Virus record (IMG/VR): IMGVR_UViG_2818991472_000001
Coordinates: 1-64,000 of that record
Direction: 5' to 3' (one strand)
Length of the DNA: 64,000 bases
From: a virus
Taxonomy: Duplodnaviria; Caudoviricetes
Shown here one piece after another: positions 1 to 8,312 of the stretch. The first letter of the stretch is position 1, and each line of letters starts with the position of its first letter. The position numbers were made by a program, and so were the translations under genes. The notes beneath the pieces were generated by a model. It ran no database searches. It had not been told where the DNA came from and saw only the letters and a list, made by a program, of their open reading frames with translations.

Positions 1-2
1 CC

Positions 3-890
3 TGCAAGGCCGGAGGCCGCACCCACACCCTCTCCCTACGGCACTGCGCCGAACTGGCCGGGCTCTCACTGTCCACCACCGTCAAGGCCACCGCCCGAGT
101 CGAAGAGCGGCACCTGATGCGCCGCCTGGACTCCGGCACCGCCGACCACGGCGCCACGTGGCTACTTCTCGCACCGTCTCGTACCCGGCACAGTCCCAAG
201 GGCGGCGCCGCCGGTCCGGAACTTGAGTGTGTCGAGGCTGAGAACCCCGACGAGCGAATGGGCCTGGGGGCCCTTCGCGTCTTCGCCGCAGTCATGTCCC
301 TCGACGCCTTCTCCTTCCGTGGACTGGGTGCCTCCAGCGCCAAGCTGGTAGCCGCGCTCAGCGAGATGGAGCGCCCGACCCTTCCCGAGCTGGCAGCAGC
401 CGCTTCCGTCAGCAGGCCGACCGCGTACCGGCACCTGCCGCGCCTGGTCGACCTTGGCCTGGTGGTTCGGGAGGGCGAGGTCTACCAGCTCTCCCAGGAC
501 TCCTCAGAGGCCATTTCCCGCGCCCTGGCGGCCGAGGAGAACTGGGAGCAGGACTGGGTCGAGGTAGCCGTCGCGCTGGGCTCTGACGGGGTCTCCGAGC
601 GCCGCCGGGTGCTGCACCTGAACCACCGTCGCCGGTGGGCAGAGAAGCTGCAGCGGGTAGTTGAGCGTCGTGGTGCGGACGTCGTTCCTGTACGCGGCGA
701 CGAGATGCCGCAGTGGTGCGAAGCGGTCGGGGGCCGGGTCTATGACATCGGGACCGGGGAGGAGATCTCCCGGTTCATCAGGGCCGATGACGGGCACCTC
801 ATGCTCGAACCAGATCCGAAGGACGAGGACTACGAACGCCTTCGAATGCTTGCCCGAGAAGCGCAAGAAGAGTGGGAATCAGCAGCCTAA
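3..890 (+). CDS. 5'-truncated double winged-HTH protein, RepA-like plasmid replication initiator candidate
   Basis: Frame is open from base 3 (CKAGGRTHTLSLRHCAELAGLSLSTTVKATARV...), giving one HTH upstream of the called ATG117 and a second HTH (PTLPELAAAASVSRPTAYRHLPRLVDLGLV); tandem wHTH layout recalls RepA-like initiators of actinobacterial plasmids/phage-plasmids. Confidence 0.55.
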   Translation, partial: CKAGGRTHTLSLRHCAELAGLSLSTTVKATARVEERHLMRRLDSGTADHGATWLLLAPSRTRHSPKGGAAGPELECVEAENPDERMGLGALRVFAAVMSLDAFSFRGLGASSAKLVAALSEMERPTLPELAAAASVSRPTAYRHLPRLVDLGLVVREGEVYQLSQDSSEAISRALAAEENWEQDWVEVAVALGSDGVSERRRVLHLNHRRRWAEKLQRVVERRGADVVPVRGDEMPQWCEAVGGRVYDIGTGEEISRFIRADDGHLMLEPDPKDEDYERLRMLAREAQEEWESAA

Positions 891-1155
891 ACACTGTAAG
901 CCGCACGACGTACCTGCCACCTGCCACAACGATCTTGCCCTGACTCCGGTCAGCAGCCCCAAGCCCGGCTCCCGGGCCTTTCGAACCTGCCCTGAACGCA
1001 CTTCGTGGGTAGCCGTCTTGTCCGGCAACTCCCAGAAGTCGTAGCCCTGTTGAAGGAATCTGATCTTGGTTTGGTATTGATCTCAGGTTCGGCACATTCG
1101 ATCTCCGGACCAGCTACCGCGCCCCTGGGCATGTGCCGAGGGTGAGAGGGCTCTG

Positions 1156-2643
1156 TCACCGGAGCCAGACCTTGGCAATGGCTGGGGAGAAGATCTCCGG
1201 GTTGCCCTGCAAGGTGAACGTCAGCTGGGTGGTTCCGGCTGGCAGGGACCTTCGGCCGAAGACCCAGACTCGGGACCAGGCGTTCGCCGTGGCCACGGGG
1301 TTGGTGAAGGACAGGGGGAACGGTGTGGTGCCGTTGAGGGTTAGTGCCAGCTGCCCTTCCACGGTGGAGGAGCCGTGGACGTACATCACGAGGGCGAAGT
1401 CCTTCAGGGCTGACGGTCGGGTGTAGGTGAAGGACGACGGTGTGTCGGTGTACTGGCGCTTGAGGTGGTTGGGTCTGTTGTCGAAGGTGGGGGTGGCGCC
1501 GGACTCGATGACCAGGTTCGAGCTGACGTTGGTCACCTTGGACAGGTCGGTGAAGTCGTCAGTGAAGGTGGAGTTGTCGACCGAGTAGATCAGGCCGAGG
1601 CCGTCTAGGGCCTGCACGAGGCTCGCGACCGCGCCGGTGGCGCCTTCGGTGAAGATGACGGCACGGAAGGCTCCCGGAGCGCCCCAGACGCTGAGGTTGG
1701 CCCCTGCACCGCCGAGCATGACGTCGCTCGGAGCGTTGAGGTACCAGGGCACCACGGTGTTGTTGAGCAGGTGCAGGAACGGTCCTGGCCAGTCGCCGGT
1801 GTCGGGGACCGGCGCGCTGCCGAGCAGCAGGTTGCTCTGGAGGTCGCTGCGGAGACCCGGTCCGAGACTCAGGCCCGAGGTGGCGGTGACCCCGGAACCG
1901 ATGACGATCGCCTCTGGAGCGGTCGCTGAGAGCTGACGGCCGATCAGGACTTGTGAGGCTGCCCCGGAGAGGCTGGACGCCCCCAGGACGGTGCTGGAGG
2001 GACCAGCCTGGGCCCCGGCGCCCACCGCCAAGCCCAGGGCCTGTGCTGCGGCGGCTGAACCGATCGCGGTGCCCCCCTCGCCGTGGGCTGCGGTTGCGTG
2101 GCCGACGGCGACAGAGCCGATCCCCTGGTCGGTGACTCCGGCACCGGCCCCATTCCCGATCCACACCTGCCGGGGGGCATAGTCCGTCGGGTCGAGGCTG
2201 CCGAGCACCACCGAGTCCGGGGCGTCACCGCTGTGCTGGTGGGAGGCAAAGGCGTTGGCGGCCTGCCAGGTGGCCGTGCCCGCGTTCCCGCTCGCGAGGA
2301 TCGAGGAGCCGGTGACGCCCCCAGGCGCGGTGACCTTGATCGGAACCTCGGTCTGGGCCAGGCCGTCCGGGGGTGCAGGGATGTCTACGTTCGGCAGCGT
2401 CAGCGTGGAGTTCTGCGCGAAGGTCACCAGCACGGTCACCCGCATCGGCAGGTCCGTCCACAGGTTCACCACCGCAGGGGCGCAGAGGACGGGGAGGTCG
2501 AGAGGACTCCCCCCGACAGGGTCGGAGTAGACCGGGACCGAGACCGGCTGCCCGGTGAGGGTGTCGAGGAGGGAGACCTGGGCGTAGGGGTACAGCTGGC
2601 CGGTGGAGTCGACCAGCGGCAGGTAGAGATGGCAGCGCTCCAC
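1156..2643 (-). CDS. tail fibre/minor tail protein with YadA-like head repeats and C-terminal beta-sandwich
   Basis: GTG2643 preceded by AGGAGG; SVAVG/GTAIG/GLAVG repeats; N-terminus paralogous to 4033..5652 and 5769..8273. Confidence 0.7.
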   Translation of the reverse strand: MERCHLYLPLVDSTGQLYPYAQVSLLDTLTGQPVSVPVYSDPVGGSPLDLPVLCAPAVVNLWTDLPMRVTVLVTFAQNSTLTLPNVDIPAPPDGLAQTEVPIKVTAPGGVTGSSILASGNAGTATWQAANAFASHQHSGDAPDSVVLGSLDPTDYAPRQVWIGNGAGAGVTDQGIGSVAVGHATAAHGEGGTAIGSAAAAQALGLAVGAGAQAGPSSTVLGASSLSGAASQVLIGRQLSATAPEAIVIGSGVTATSGLSLGPGLRSDLQSNLLLGSAPVPDTGDWPGPFLHLLNNTVVPWYLNAPSDVMLGGAGANLSVWGAPGAFRAVIFTEGATGAVASLVQALDGLGLIYSVDNSTFTDDFTDLSKVTNVSSNLVIESGATPTFDNRPNHLKRQYTDTPSSFTYTRPSALKDFALVMYVHGSSTVEGQLALTLNGTTPFPLSFTNPVATANAWSRVWVFGRRSLPAGTTQLTFTLQGNPEIFSPAIAKVWLR

Positions 2644-2658
2644 GGAGCCCTCCTTCAT

Positions 2659-4020
2659 TCAGGTCGTCGGCAGGACCGGCAGGTCGTAGTCGGGCTGGAA
2701 GTAGAAGTACCGGAACTGGGAGGTCGCTCCGGCCGGAGACAGAAGACCGACCCCCTTGGCCTGGGGGAAGTACGGGCCGATGGGCACGCCGGTTGTTAGG
2801 TTGGCGACGTCACCGAGGGATGCTCCGCTGCTCAGGTTGCAGGCCAGCGTGCTGCCGTTGAAGCGCAGCACGACGTCGGTCTCGGCGGTGATCGACGTGC
2901 TACCCGGCAATGTGGCGATGGTGGTGGCGGTGCCCCCGACCACAGCTTGGATCTGGCCGCTCTGGGTGAGCATGAGGTAGTTGGAGGCGTCCTGACGGCG
3001 GAACACCAGCCCACCGGCGGCGGCGACGGCCCCGAACCGCGTCACCAGCCAGCCGCTCCCCCGGTTCGGGGTGACGAACATCGAACTGCCCGAGGCCAGC
3101 AGCACCCCGTCCTTGCTGGCCGTGGCGGTCCCGGTCACCGTCCACCTCCCGTCGGAGGAGTCGAGTGAGGTGGGCGTGTAGGTGCTGGTGCTCGGTTGCT
3201 CGATCGTCCTGCTGGCCTGGTGCCAGAGGAACAGGTCGGCGTAGGACGGCTGGAGGGCCGTCCAAGCGGTGAGCAGGGTGTCCGTGCCCCGGGTGTCGAC
3301 ACCCATGTACGACCCACCGAAGAAGAACATCTGCCGGGGGAAGGACGTGGTCGGAGGGTAGAACAGCCTCGGCTCGTTGAAGATCAACGGCACCTTGTAG
3401 TCGACGAGGCAGACCACCGAGCTGTAGAACTGCGAGACCAGGATGTCGTGCCGCTTGCCGTCCCAGAGGTTCACCTTGCCGCTGAGAGGAATTGCGGCCT
3501 CATCGGATGGCAGGACATCCCAGGGCGCAACCGAGGCGTCGTACCCGAAGTACATCCGGGCCTCCTGGTTGCGCCTGGTGAAGGCGAGGTAGTACCGGTC
3601 CGCGCCCGGGGTGTAGCTGGAGCTTCCGGTGTGCTTCACGCAGAAGGCGAAGTCCTGCACCCCCCAGACGTCCCCGGCGCTTTTGCCGTTGCCCCAGGCG
3701 GGATCGAGCACCACGCCGGTGGTCTGGGGAATCAGCTGGATCAGCACGGAGCCGTCGCTGCTGCCGACGTCTCGCAGCGCGGCCATGCCGTCCGGAGAGC
3801 CCTTCTTGGCACCCCAGCCGGGGAGGACGGCGGAAGCCGAAGGCGAGCCGAAGGACCACTGGGGGCTGCTGAGGCTGGGCCCGAGAGCAGGAGCATAGGT
3901 GTACGGCTTCGGGCTGAAGTCCGGGTTCCCGAGGGTGCCGTCGACGGTGACGCGGCCAAAGGCGTCCAGGACGCCGGTGGCGTACTGATACAGGACGCCC
4001 GGCGCGATGACCATTGACAA
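2659..4020 (-). CDS. minor tail protein, beta-rich (possible lectin-like receptor-binding protein)
   Basis: Gly/Ser/Thr/aromatic-rich 453 aa ORF in the fibre cluster, AGGAGG RBS. Confidence 0.55.
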   Translation of the reverse strand: MSMVIAPGVLYQYATGVLDAFGRVTVDGTLGNPDFSPKPYTYAPALGPSLSSPQWSFGSPSASAVLPGWGAKKGSPDGMAALRDVGSSDGSVLIQLIPQTTGVVLDPAWGNGKSAGDVWGVQDFAFCVKHTGSSSYTPGADRYYLAFTRRNQEARMYFGYDASVAPWDVLPSDEAAIPLSGKVNLWDGKRHDILVSQFYSSVVCLVDYKVPLIFNEPRLFYPPTTSFPRQMFFFGGSYMGVDTRGTDTLLTAWTALQPSYADLFLWHQASRTIEQPSTSTYTPTSLDSSDGRWTVTGTATASKDGVLLASGSSMFVTPNRGSGWLVTRFGAVAAAGGLVFRRQDASNYLMLTQSGQIQAVVGGTATTIATLPGSTSITAETDVVLRFNGSTLACNLSSGASLGDVANLTTGVPIGPYFPQAKGVGLLSPAGATSQFRYFYFQPDYDLPVLPTT

Positions 4021-4032
4021 GATCTGGCCTCC

Positions 4033-5652
4033 TTAGGTGCCTTGGGTGGTGCCGTTGTTGATCAGTCCGGTCGCGGCGAGGGCAGTCAGGACGTTGCGCA
4101 GGGCGAGGTTGTTGCCGTCAGCCCCGGTGACGGTTGGGCGAGTGGTCCCCTCTGTTCCGAAGAAGCCGAGCCTGGACGCATCGGACGAACCGAGATTGAC
4201 GGCGCCGACAGCCGAGAGGCGTCCGGCCACGACCACCTGCCGGTAGACGGACGACGAGCCGAGCATGATCTGCAGCGCTGCGGTCGTCATCGCCGACTCG
4301 CCCAGGGCCGTCGACCCGGTATGGGCGGCCTGCACCTGCGCATTTCGCCCGATGGCGACGCCGTTCGGCGCGAGGCCCTGGGCGCCAGAGCCCAGGGCCA
4401 AAGCCCCGTTCGCTCCGGTGCCGACATACGCGGCCGAGCCGATGGCGGCTGAGTCGGCGCCGTATGCTTTCGCGCCCTTGCCGACGGCCACGCCGTTGGT
4501 CGCGTCAACGTAGGCGCCGCTGCCCACCGCGAGCCAGCGGACCGCGTTGGTGTTGCCGGTGGCTCCGGCACCGATCGCCGTGCTGCTGTCCGAGAACGCT
4601 GCGGCCGAGATGCCGACCGCCGTCGACCCTGGTCCCCACGCCTGGGCCCAGTACCCCACCGCCACGCTGTTGGACCCGGCCGCGTTGGCATTCACCCCAA
4701 CACCAACCGCGCCACTGGACTTCGCCTCGGCCCCGGTCCCGAGGGCGACGGAGTTCGGGCCAGCACCCGGGTGGGTGTGTGCGGGAACCTGGCCTCCGTA
4801 GACGATCCGTACACCCGTCAGCCATGCCTGGTGCCCGGTGTCCGGGACGAACGTCGCCGCGCCCTGGAACTCGAAGGTGGCCGCCAGGTAGCTGCCTGGC
4901 GCGAGTGGGTACCGGTAGTACCCCCAGTCGCGTACCCCTGTGATGGTCTCCAGGATGGTCCGTGTGCCGTCCGGCTTCGTCACCGAGATGCTGACGGACT
5001 CCCCGGCGGACTGGCCGACCTTCAGCCAGCAGCCGACGTATCCGGTTTCCAGGAGGTTGAAGCCCGGGGTGACCACCATCAGGTCACCGGCGTCGCCGGT
5101 GTGGGCGACCTTCAGGGATCGGCTGAGGCCCTGCTGGTCGGGGACATCGGTGCTGTAGGACCGCGAGGTTGTCGTGCGCTGCATCAGAGACCAGCTTGGT
5201 GGGTCCTGACCGGCAGAGAAGCTCTCGGCCAAGACGGTCACCAGGACGGACAGGCCGCTGCTGCTCGGGGGGTCGCCCCACAGCGCCTGGCCCGGGGTCG
5301 CCCCGGCGAGCAGCATCTTCCCGGGGAGCGCCTGGCCCACGATCCTCAGCGAGGAGTCGGTCCACACGACCGTCTCCGGCGCAGCTGTGGCATCGAGGTA
5401 CACCAGGATGTCGCTGTGCCCGGCGGCCTGGACCAGGATGCTGACCCGCTGGGGGGCCTCCACCCAGAAGTCGATGATCCCTCGGTCGGCGATGAATGGG
5501 TTCGGCAGCGTGTCGGTGCCGCTCAGCGAGGTGAACATCGGCTGGTTCAGCGGCACCGACAGCCCGGACTCGCGCACCGTCACCTGCGCGCCGTACAGCA
5601 GCGTCCCGTCAGTGCCCGTGATGGGCTGGTAGACGTGTGCCCTGGCGGTCAT
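4033..5652 (-). CDS. tail fibre with YadA-like head repeats
   Basis: ~11 tandem SVALG/AVGVG/STAVG/STAIG repeats; C-terminal LGFFG..RP.VTG..GN.AL..VLTALA..GLI segment common in actinophage minor tail proteins. Confidence 0.75.
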   Translation of the reverse strand: MTARAHVYQPITGTDGTLLYGAQVTVRESGLSVPLNQPMFTSLSGTDTLPNPFIADRGIIDFWVEAPQRVSILVQAAGHSDILVYLDATAAPETVVWTDSSLRIVGQALPGKMLLAGATPGQALWGDPPSSSGLSVLVTVLAESFSAGQDPPSWSLMQRTTTSRSYSTDVPDQQGLSRSLKVAHTGDAGDLMVVTPGFNLLETGYVGCWLKVGQSAGESVSISVTKPDGTRTILETITGVRDWGYYRYPLAPGSYLAATFEFQGAATFVPDTGHQAWLTGVRIVYGGQVPAHTHPGAGPNSVALGTGAEAKSSGAVGVGVNANAAGSNSVAVGYWAQAWGPGSTAVGISAAAFSDSSTAIGAGATGNTNAVRWLAVGSGAYVDATNGVAVGKGAKAYGADSAAIGSAAYVGTGANGALALGSGAQGLAPNGVAIGRNAQVQAAHTGSTALGESAMTTAALQIMLGSSSVYRQVVVAGRLSAVGAVNLGSSDASRLGFFGTEGTTRPTVTGADGNNLALRNVLTALAATGLINNGTTQGT

Positions 5653-5678
5653 GGCCCTCCCCTCGGAGTCTGCAGTTC

Positions 5679-5712
5679 CACCCCTTCAGGGCCGTCACCG
5701 CCAGCTGAGCAG
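5679..5712 (-). promoter_or_regulatory. degenerate copy of bipartite late motif
   Basis: CACCCCTT-N21-AGCAG on + strand, upstream of 5652 start and directly after a terminator hairpin. Confidence 0.5.
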
Positions 5713-5719
5713 CATCAGT

Positions 5720-5757
5720 GAAGGCCCGGGGTGAAGGCGGCCTTCACCCCGGGCTTC
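5720..5757 (-). terminator. intrinsic terminator hairpin
   Basis: gcccggggtgaaggc / gccttcaccccgggc inverted repeat just after stop of 5769..8273. Confidence 0.7.
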
Positions 5758-5768
5758 GAAGAGCAGCG

Positions 5769-8273
5769 TCAGCCGAGTGCAGCCCAGTACGGGGAGGAGG
5801 ACAGAACGATCGAGCTGATGGCGAGGTTGGACGGCAGCGTCTGCAGGCCGGAGCCGACCGTCCCCCATCGTGCGGTAGCCGCCGTCAGGTTGATGTTCGC
5901 TCCGGCCGCTGAGACGCTCGATCCGCGAGTGAAGGTGGGCAGCGTGGTCCCGTTGGCCAGCAGCGCTACCCAGTAGGACCCGGCCGGAAGAACCACCGGC
6001 CCTCCCACCAGCGCCATGAACTTCGGTCCGCCCGACTGCCACGAGGTCGCCTGGTCGGCGGTCGAACCGACCAGGTTGCCTGTGGCGTCGTACAGCCCCA
6101 CCCAGCACTGACCGGTCGTCAGGCCGCTGCCGCCGGTGACGACCTGCGCGACGATGTTGGTGACGGTCCGGGGAGCCCGAAGAACGATCTTGATCAGCTG
6201 GACGACACCCGCCCCGAAGGCCGAGTTGGCCGTGACCGACCCGGGGTCCTGCGACCAGGCGATCAGACCGTGGTCCGACGGGAGGACGACGTCGGGATTC
6301 AGGACATCGGACACCAGACCACCAGCGCTGGTGAACGCCAGGGACGATGTTGTGACTCTCAGGCCCGGTACGGTGCGTACGGCCTCGGTGCCGGACCGCC
6401 CCTTCTGGTCGGTGACGTTGGGGCCGCGCAGGAGCAGCTCGTTGCCTCCGCCGTCGTGCCAGGGGGTGTCGGTGGCGGCGAGCAGGCCGGACGAGACCGA
6501 CACGTAGCGGCTGTGGTCGGCGTGCACCCCGTACTGGGGCGAGATCCCTCCGCTGGTGCTGCTGTCGTCGGCGCCGACGGTGACGGTGAGGCCGTCAGCG
6601 ACCACCGGGCAGGTCGTGCTGATCACAGCCAGACCGGCCCAGCCGCCCCCACCGCCCGCGCCGTTGTTACGGCCGTCGCGGTACAGGCGGCAACCGCTGA
6701 GGTTGACCACGGAGCCGTCTCCGGCCACGATCCGGATGCCGTGCTGGTTGCTGCGATCGGTCGTGCAGCCGACCAGCCCCACGGGACCGAGCCCTGGGGC
6801 GATCAGGAACCCGTCCTTCCCGGACCAGCCCGACCGGCAGGCCGAGAGGGTGGCACCGCCCGGGTTCGACAGGGACCAGCCGTTCCCGGTCGCGCCGAGC
6901 GACTCGCAGTCCACGAACGTGCTGTTCAGCGGACTGGCCAGGTTGAAGCCGTCCAGAGCGGCCTTGTAGACCACCACTCGCTGCGCCCGAAGTCCGATCG
7001 GAGTGTTGGCACCGAACGCATCCACGACACTGCGAAGACCGTGCCCGCTCACACGCTGGATGTTCAGGCCACGTACCTGGACGCCCTGGACGTTGCCCGC
7101 CAGCTGCACGCCGTCCACGGCGGGCGAGGCGGCCAGGTCCCGGCCGTCGATCGTCAGATCGCAGATCTGCTGCTCCCGGGACAGCTCGGAGTACGAGCCC
7201 ATCACCTGGTCCACGATCCTCACCACCGCGTTGCCCGAGAAGATCGGCAGCGGGCGCAGCGCAGTCGCCGGTACGACGTCGGCGGCCTGCTGCTCGATGT
7301 TGGCGTGCGACCCGAGCAGGGTGACCGACGGCGGGATGTAGAGCGGGGCGGAGGTGCGGTAGACGGCCGGGAGGAGGTAGACCGTGCCCCCCTTGGGGCA
7401 GACGTTGAGCGCGGCCTGCAGGGCCGCCGTGTCGTCGGAGACCCCGTCAGCCTTTGCGCCGAAGTCGCGCGGACTGACCCACCGCAGCACGGTGACCGTT
7501 CCCGCACCCCCGGCCGAGCCGCCTGCTGTGCCGCTGTCGCTGGTGGGCGCGGCCTGGGTGGCGAGCAGACCGCCGTCGCTGACCTGCAGGAGCCAGCGCT
7601 TGCCTCCGGCGCTGCGGACGACGAACGAACCCGCGACCTCGACCATGTCGGTCGGGGTGCCGAGCATGACCTGGCCAGGTGCGGTGGTGGCCGCCCCGGC
7701 GCCGACGGCCGTGGACGAGGCGTGCCGGGCGGTGGCCGCGAAGCCGAGCGCCGTTGACGAGGGCGCGCTGGCTCCGGCGCTCGCGCCCACGGCGGTTGCC
7801 CCGGCTGCGCTAGCCGAGGTGTTCGCTCCGTAGGCGCTGGACACGTCGGCCAGGGCCTGCGCCGCCCGCCCGGCTGCCGCCGAGTCCTTGCCCGTAGCAG
7901 CAGCTGATACACCGGTGGCGGTGGCCCCGACACCGGCGGCGGCAGCGCCGCTGCCCACCTGCATGGAGTTCGCCCCGGAACCGGCGTGGACGGAGTCGAG
8001 GCCCGGTGCGGTGACGTCCAGATCCTCCCAGAACTCCTCCGGGTTGCCCGGGGAGGTGATGCCGATCTTCACCCGGCTGGGCGCGTCCAGGTAGAAGGAG
8101 ACGTCGCCACCGTTGGTGAAGAACGGGTTGGTCTTCACCGCTCCGGTGCTGCCGTCGGTGTAGATGGTCTCGGAGATCTGGACGTTGGTGCCCGCCTCCA
8201 AGATGCGCACCTGTGCCTGCGGGACACGGTTGCCCGCGCTGTCGAGGTACGGGCGGGAGAAGTGCGCCCTCAC
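5769..8273 (-). CDS. tailspike/fibre: YadA-like repeats, pectate-lyase-like beta-helix, C-terminal beta domain
   Basis: VSPRDFGAKADGVSDDTAALQAAL..GGTVYL motif (Pectate_lyase_3 start) followed by beta-helix repeats; shared fibre N-terminus. Confidence 0.8.
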   Translation of the reverse strand: MRAHFSRPYLDSAGNRVPQAQVRILEAGTNVQISETIYTDGSTGAVKTNPFFTNGGDVSFYLDAPSRVKIGITSPGNPEEFWEDLDVTAPGLDSVHAGSGANSMQVGSGAAAAGVGATATGVSAAATGKDSAAAGRAAQALADVSSAYGANTSASAAGATAVGASAGASAPSSTALGFAATARHASSTAVGAGAATTAPGQVMLGTPTDMVEVAGSFVVRSAGGKRWLLQVSDGGLLATQAAPTSDSGTAGGSAGGAGTVTVLRWVSPRDFGAKADGVSDDTAALQAALNVCPKGGTVYLLPAVYRTSAPLYIPPSVTLLGSHANIEQQAADVVPATALRPLPIFSGNAVVRIVDQVMGSYSELSREQQICDLTIDGRDLAASPAVDGVQLAGNVQGVQVRGLNIQRVSGHGLRSVVDAFGANTPIGLRAQRVVVYKAALDGFNLASPLNSTFVDCESLGATGNGWSLSNPGGATLSACRSGWSGKDGFLIAPGLGPVGLVGCTTDRSNQHGIRIVAGDGSVVNLSGCRLYRDGRNNGAGGGGGWAGLAVISTTCPVVADGLTVTVGADDSSTSGGISPQYGVHADHSRYVSVSSGLLAATDTPWHDGGGNELLLRGPNVTDQKGRSGTEAVRTVPGLRVTTSSLAFTSAGGLVSDVLNPDVVLPSDHGLIAWSQDPGSVTANSAFGAGVVQLIKIVLRAPRTVTNIVAQVVTGGSGLTTGQCWVGLYDATGNLVGSTADQATSWQSGGPKFMALVGGPVVLPAGSYWVALLANGTTLPTFTRGSSVSAAGANINLTAATARWGTVGSGLQTLPSNLAISSIVLSSSPYWAALG

Positions 8274-8312
8274 TGGCTCTCCTTCACTCGGGGTTCACTG
8301 AACAAAGGGCGG

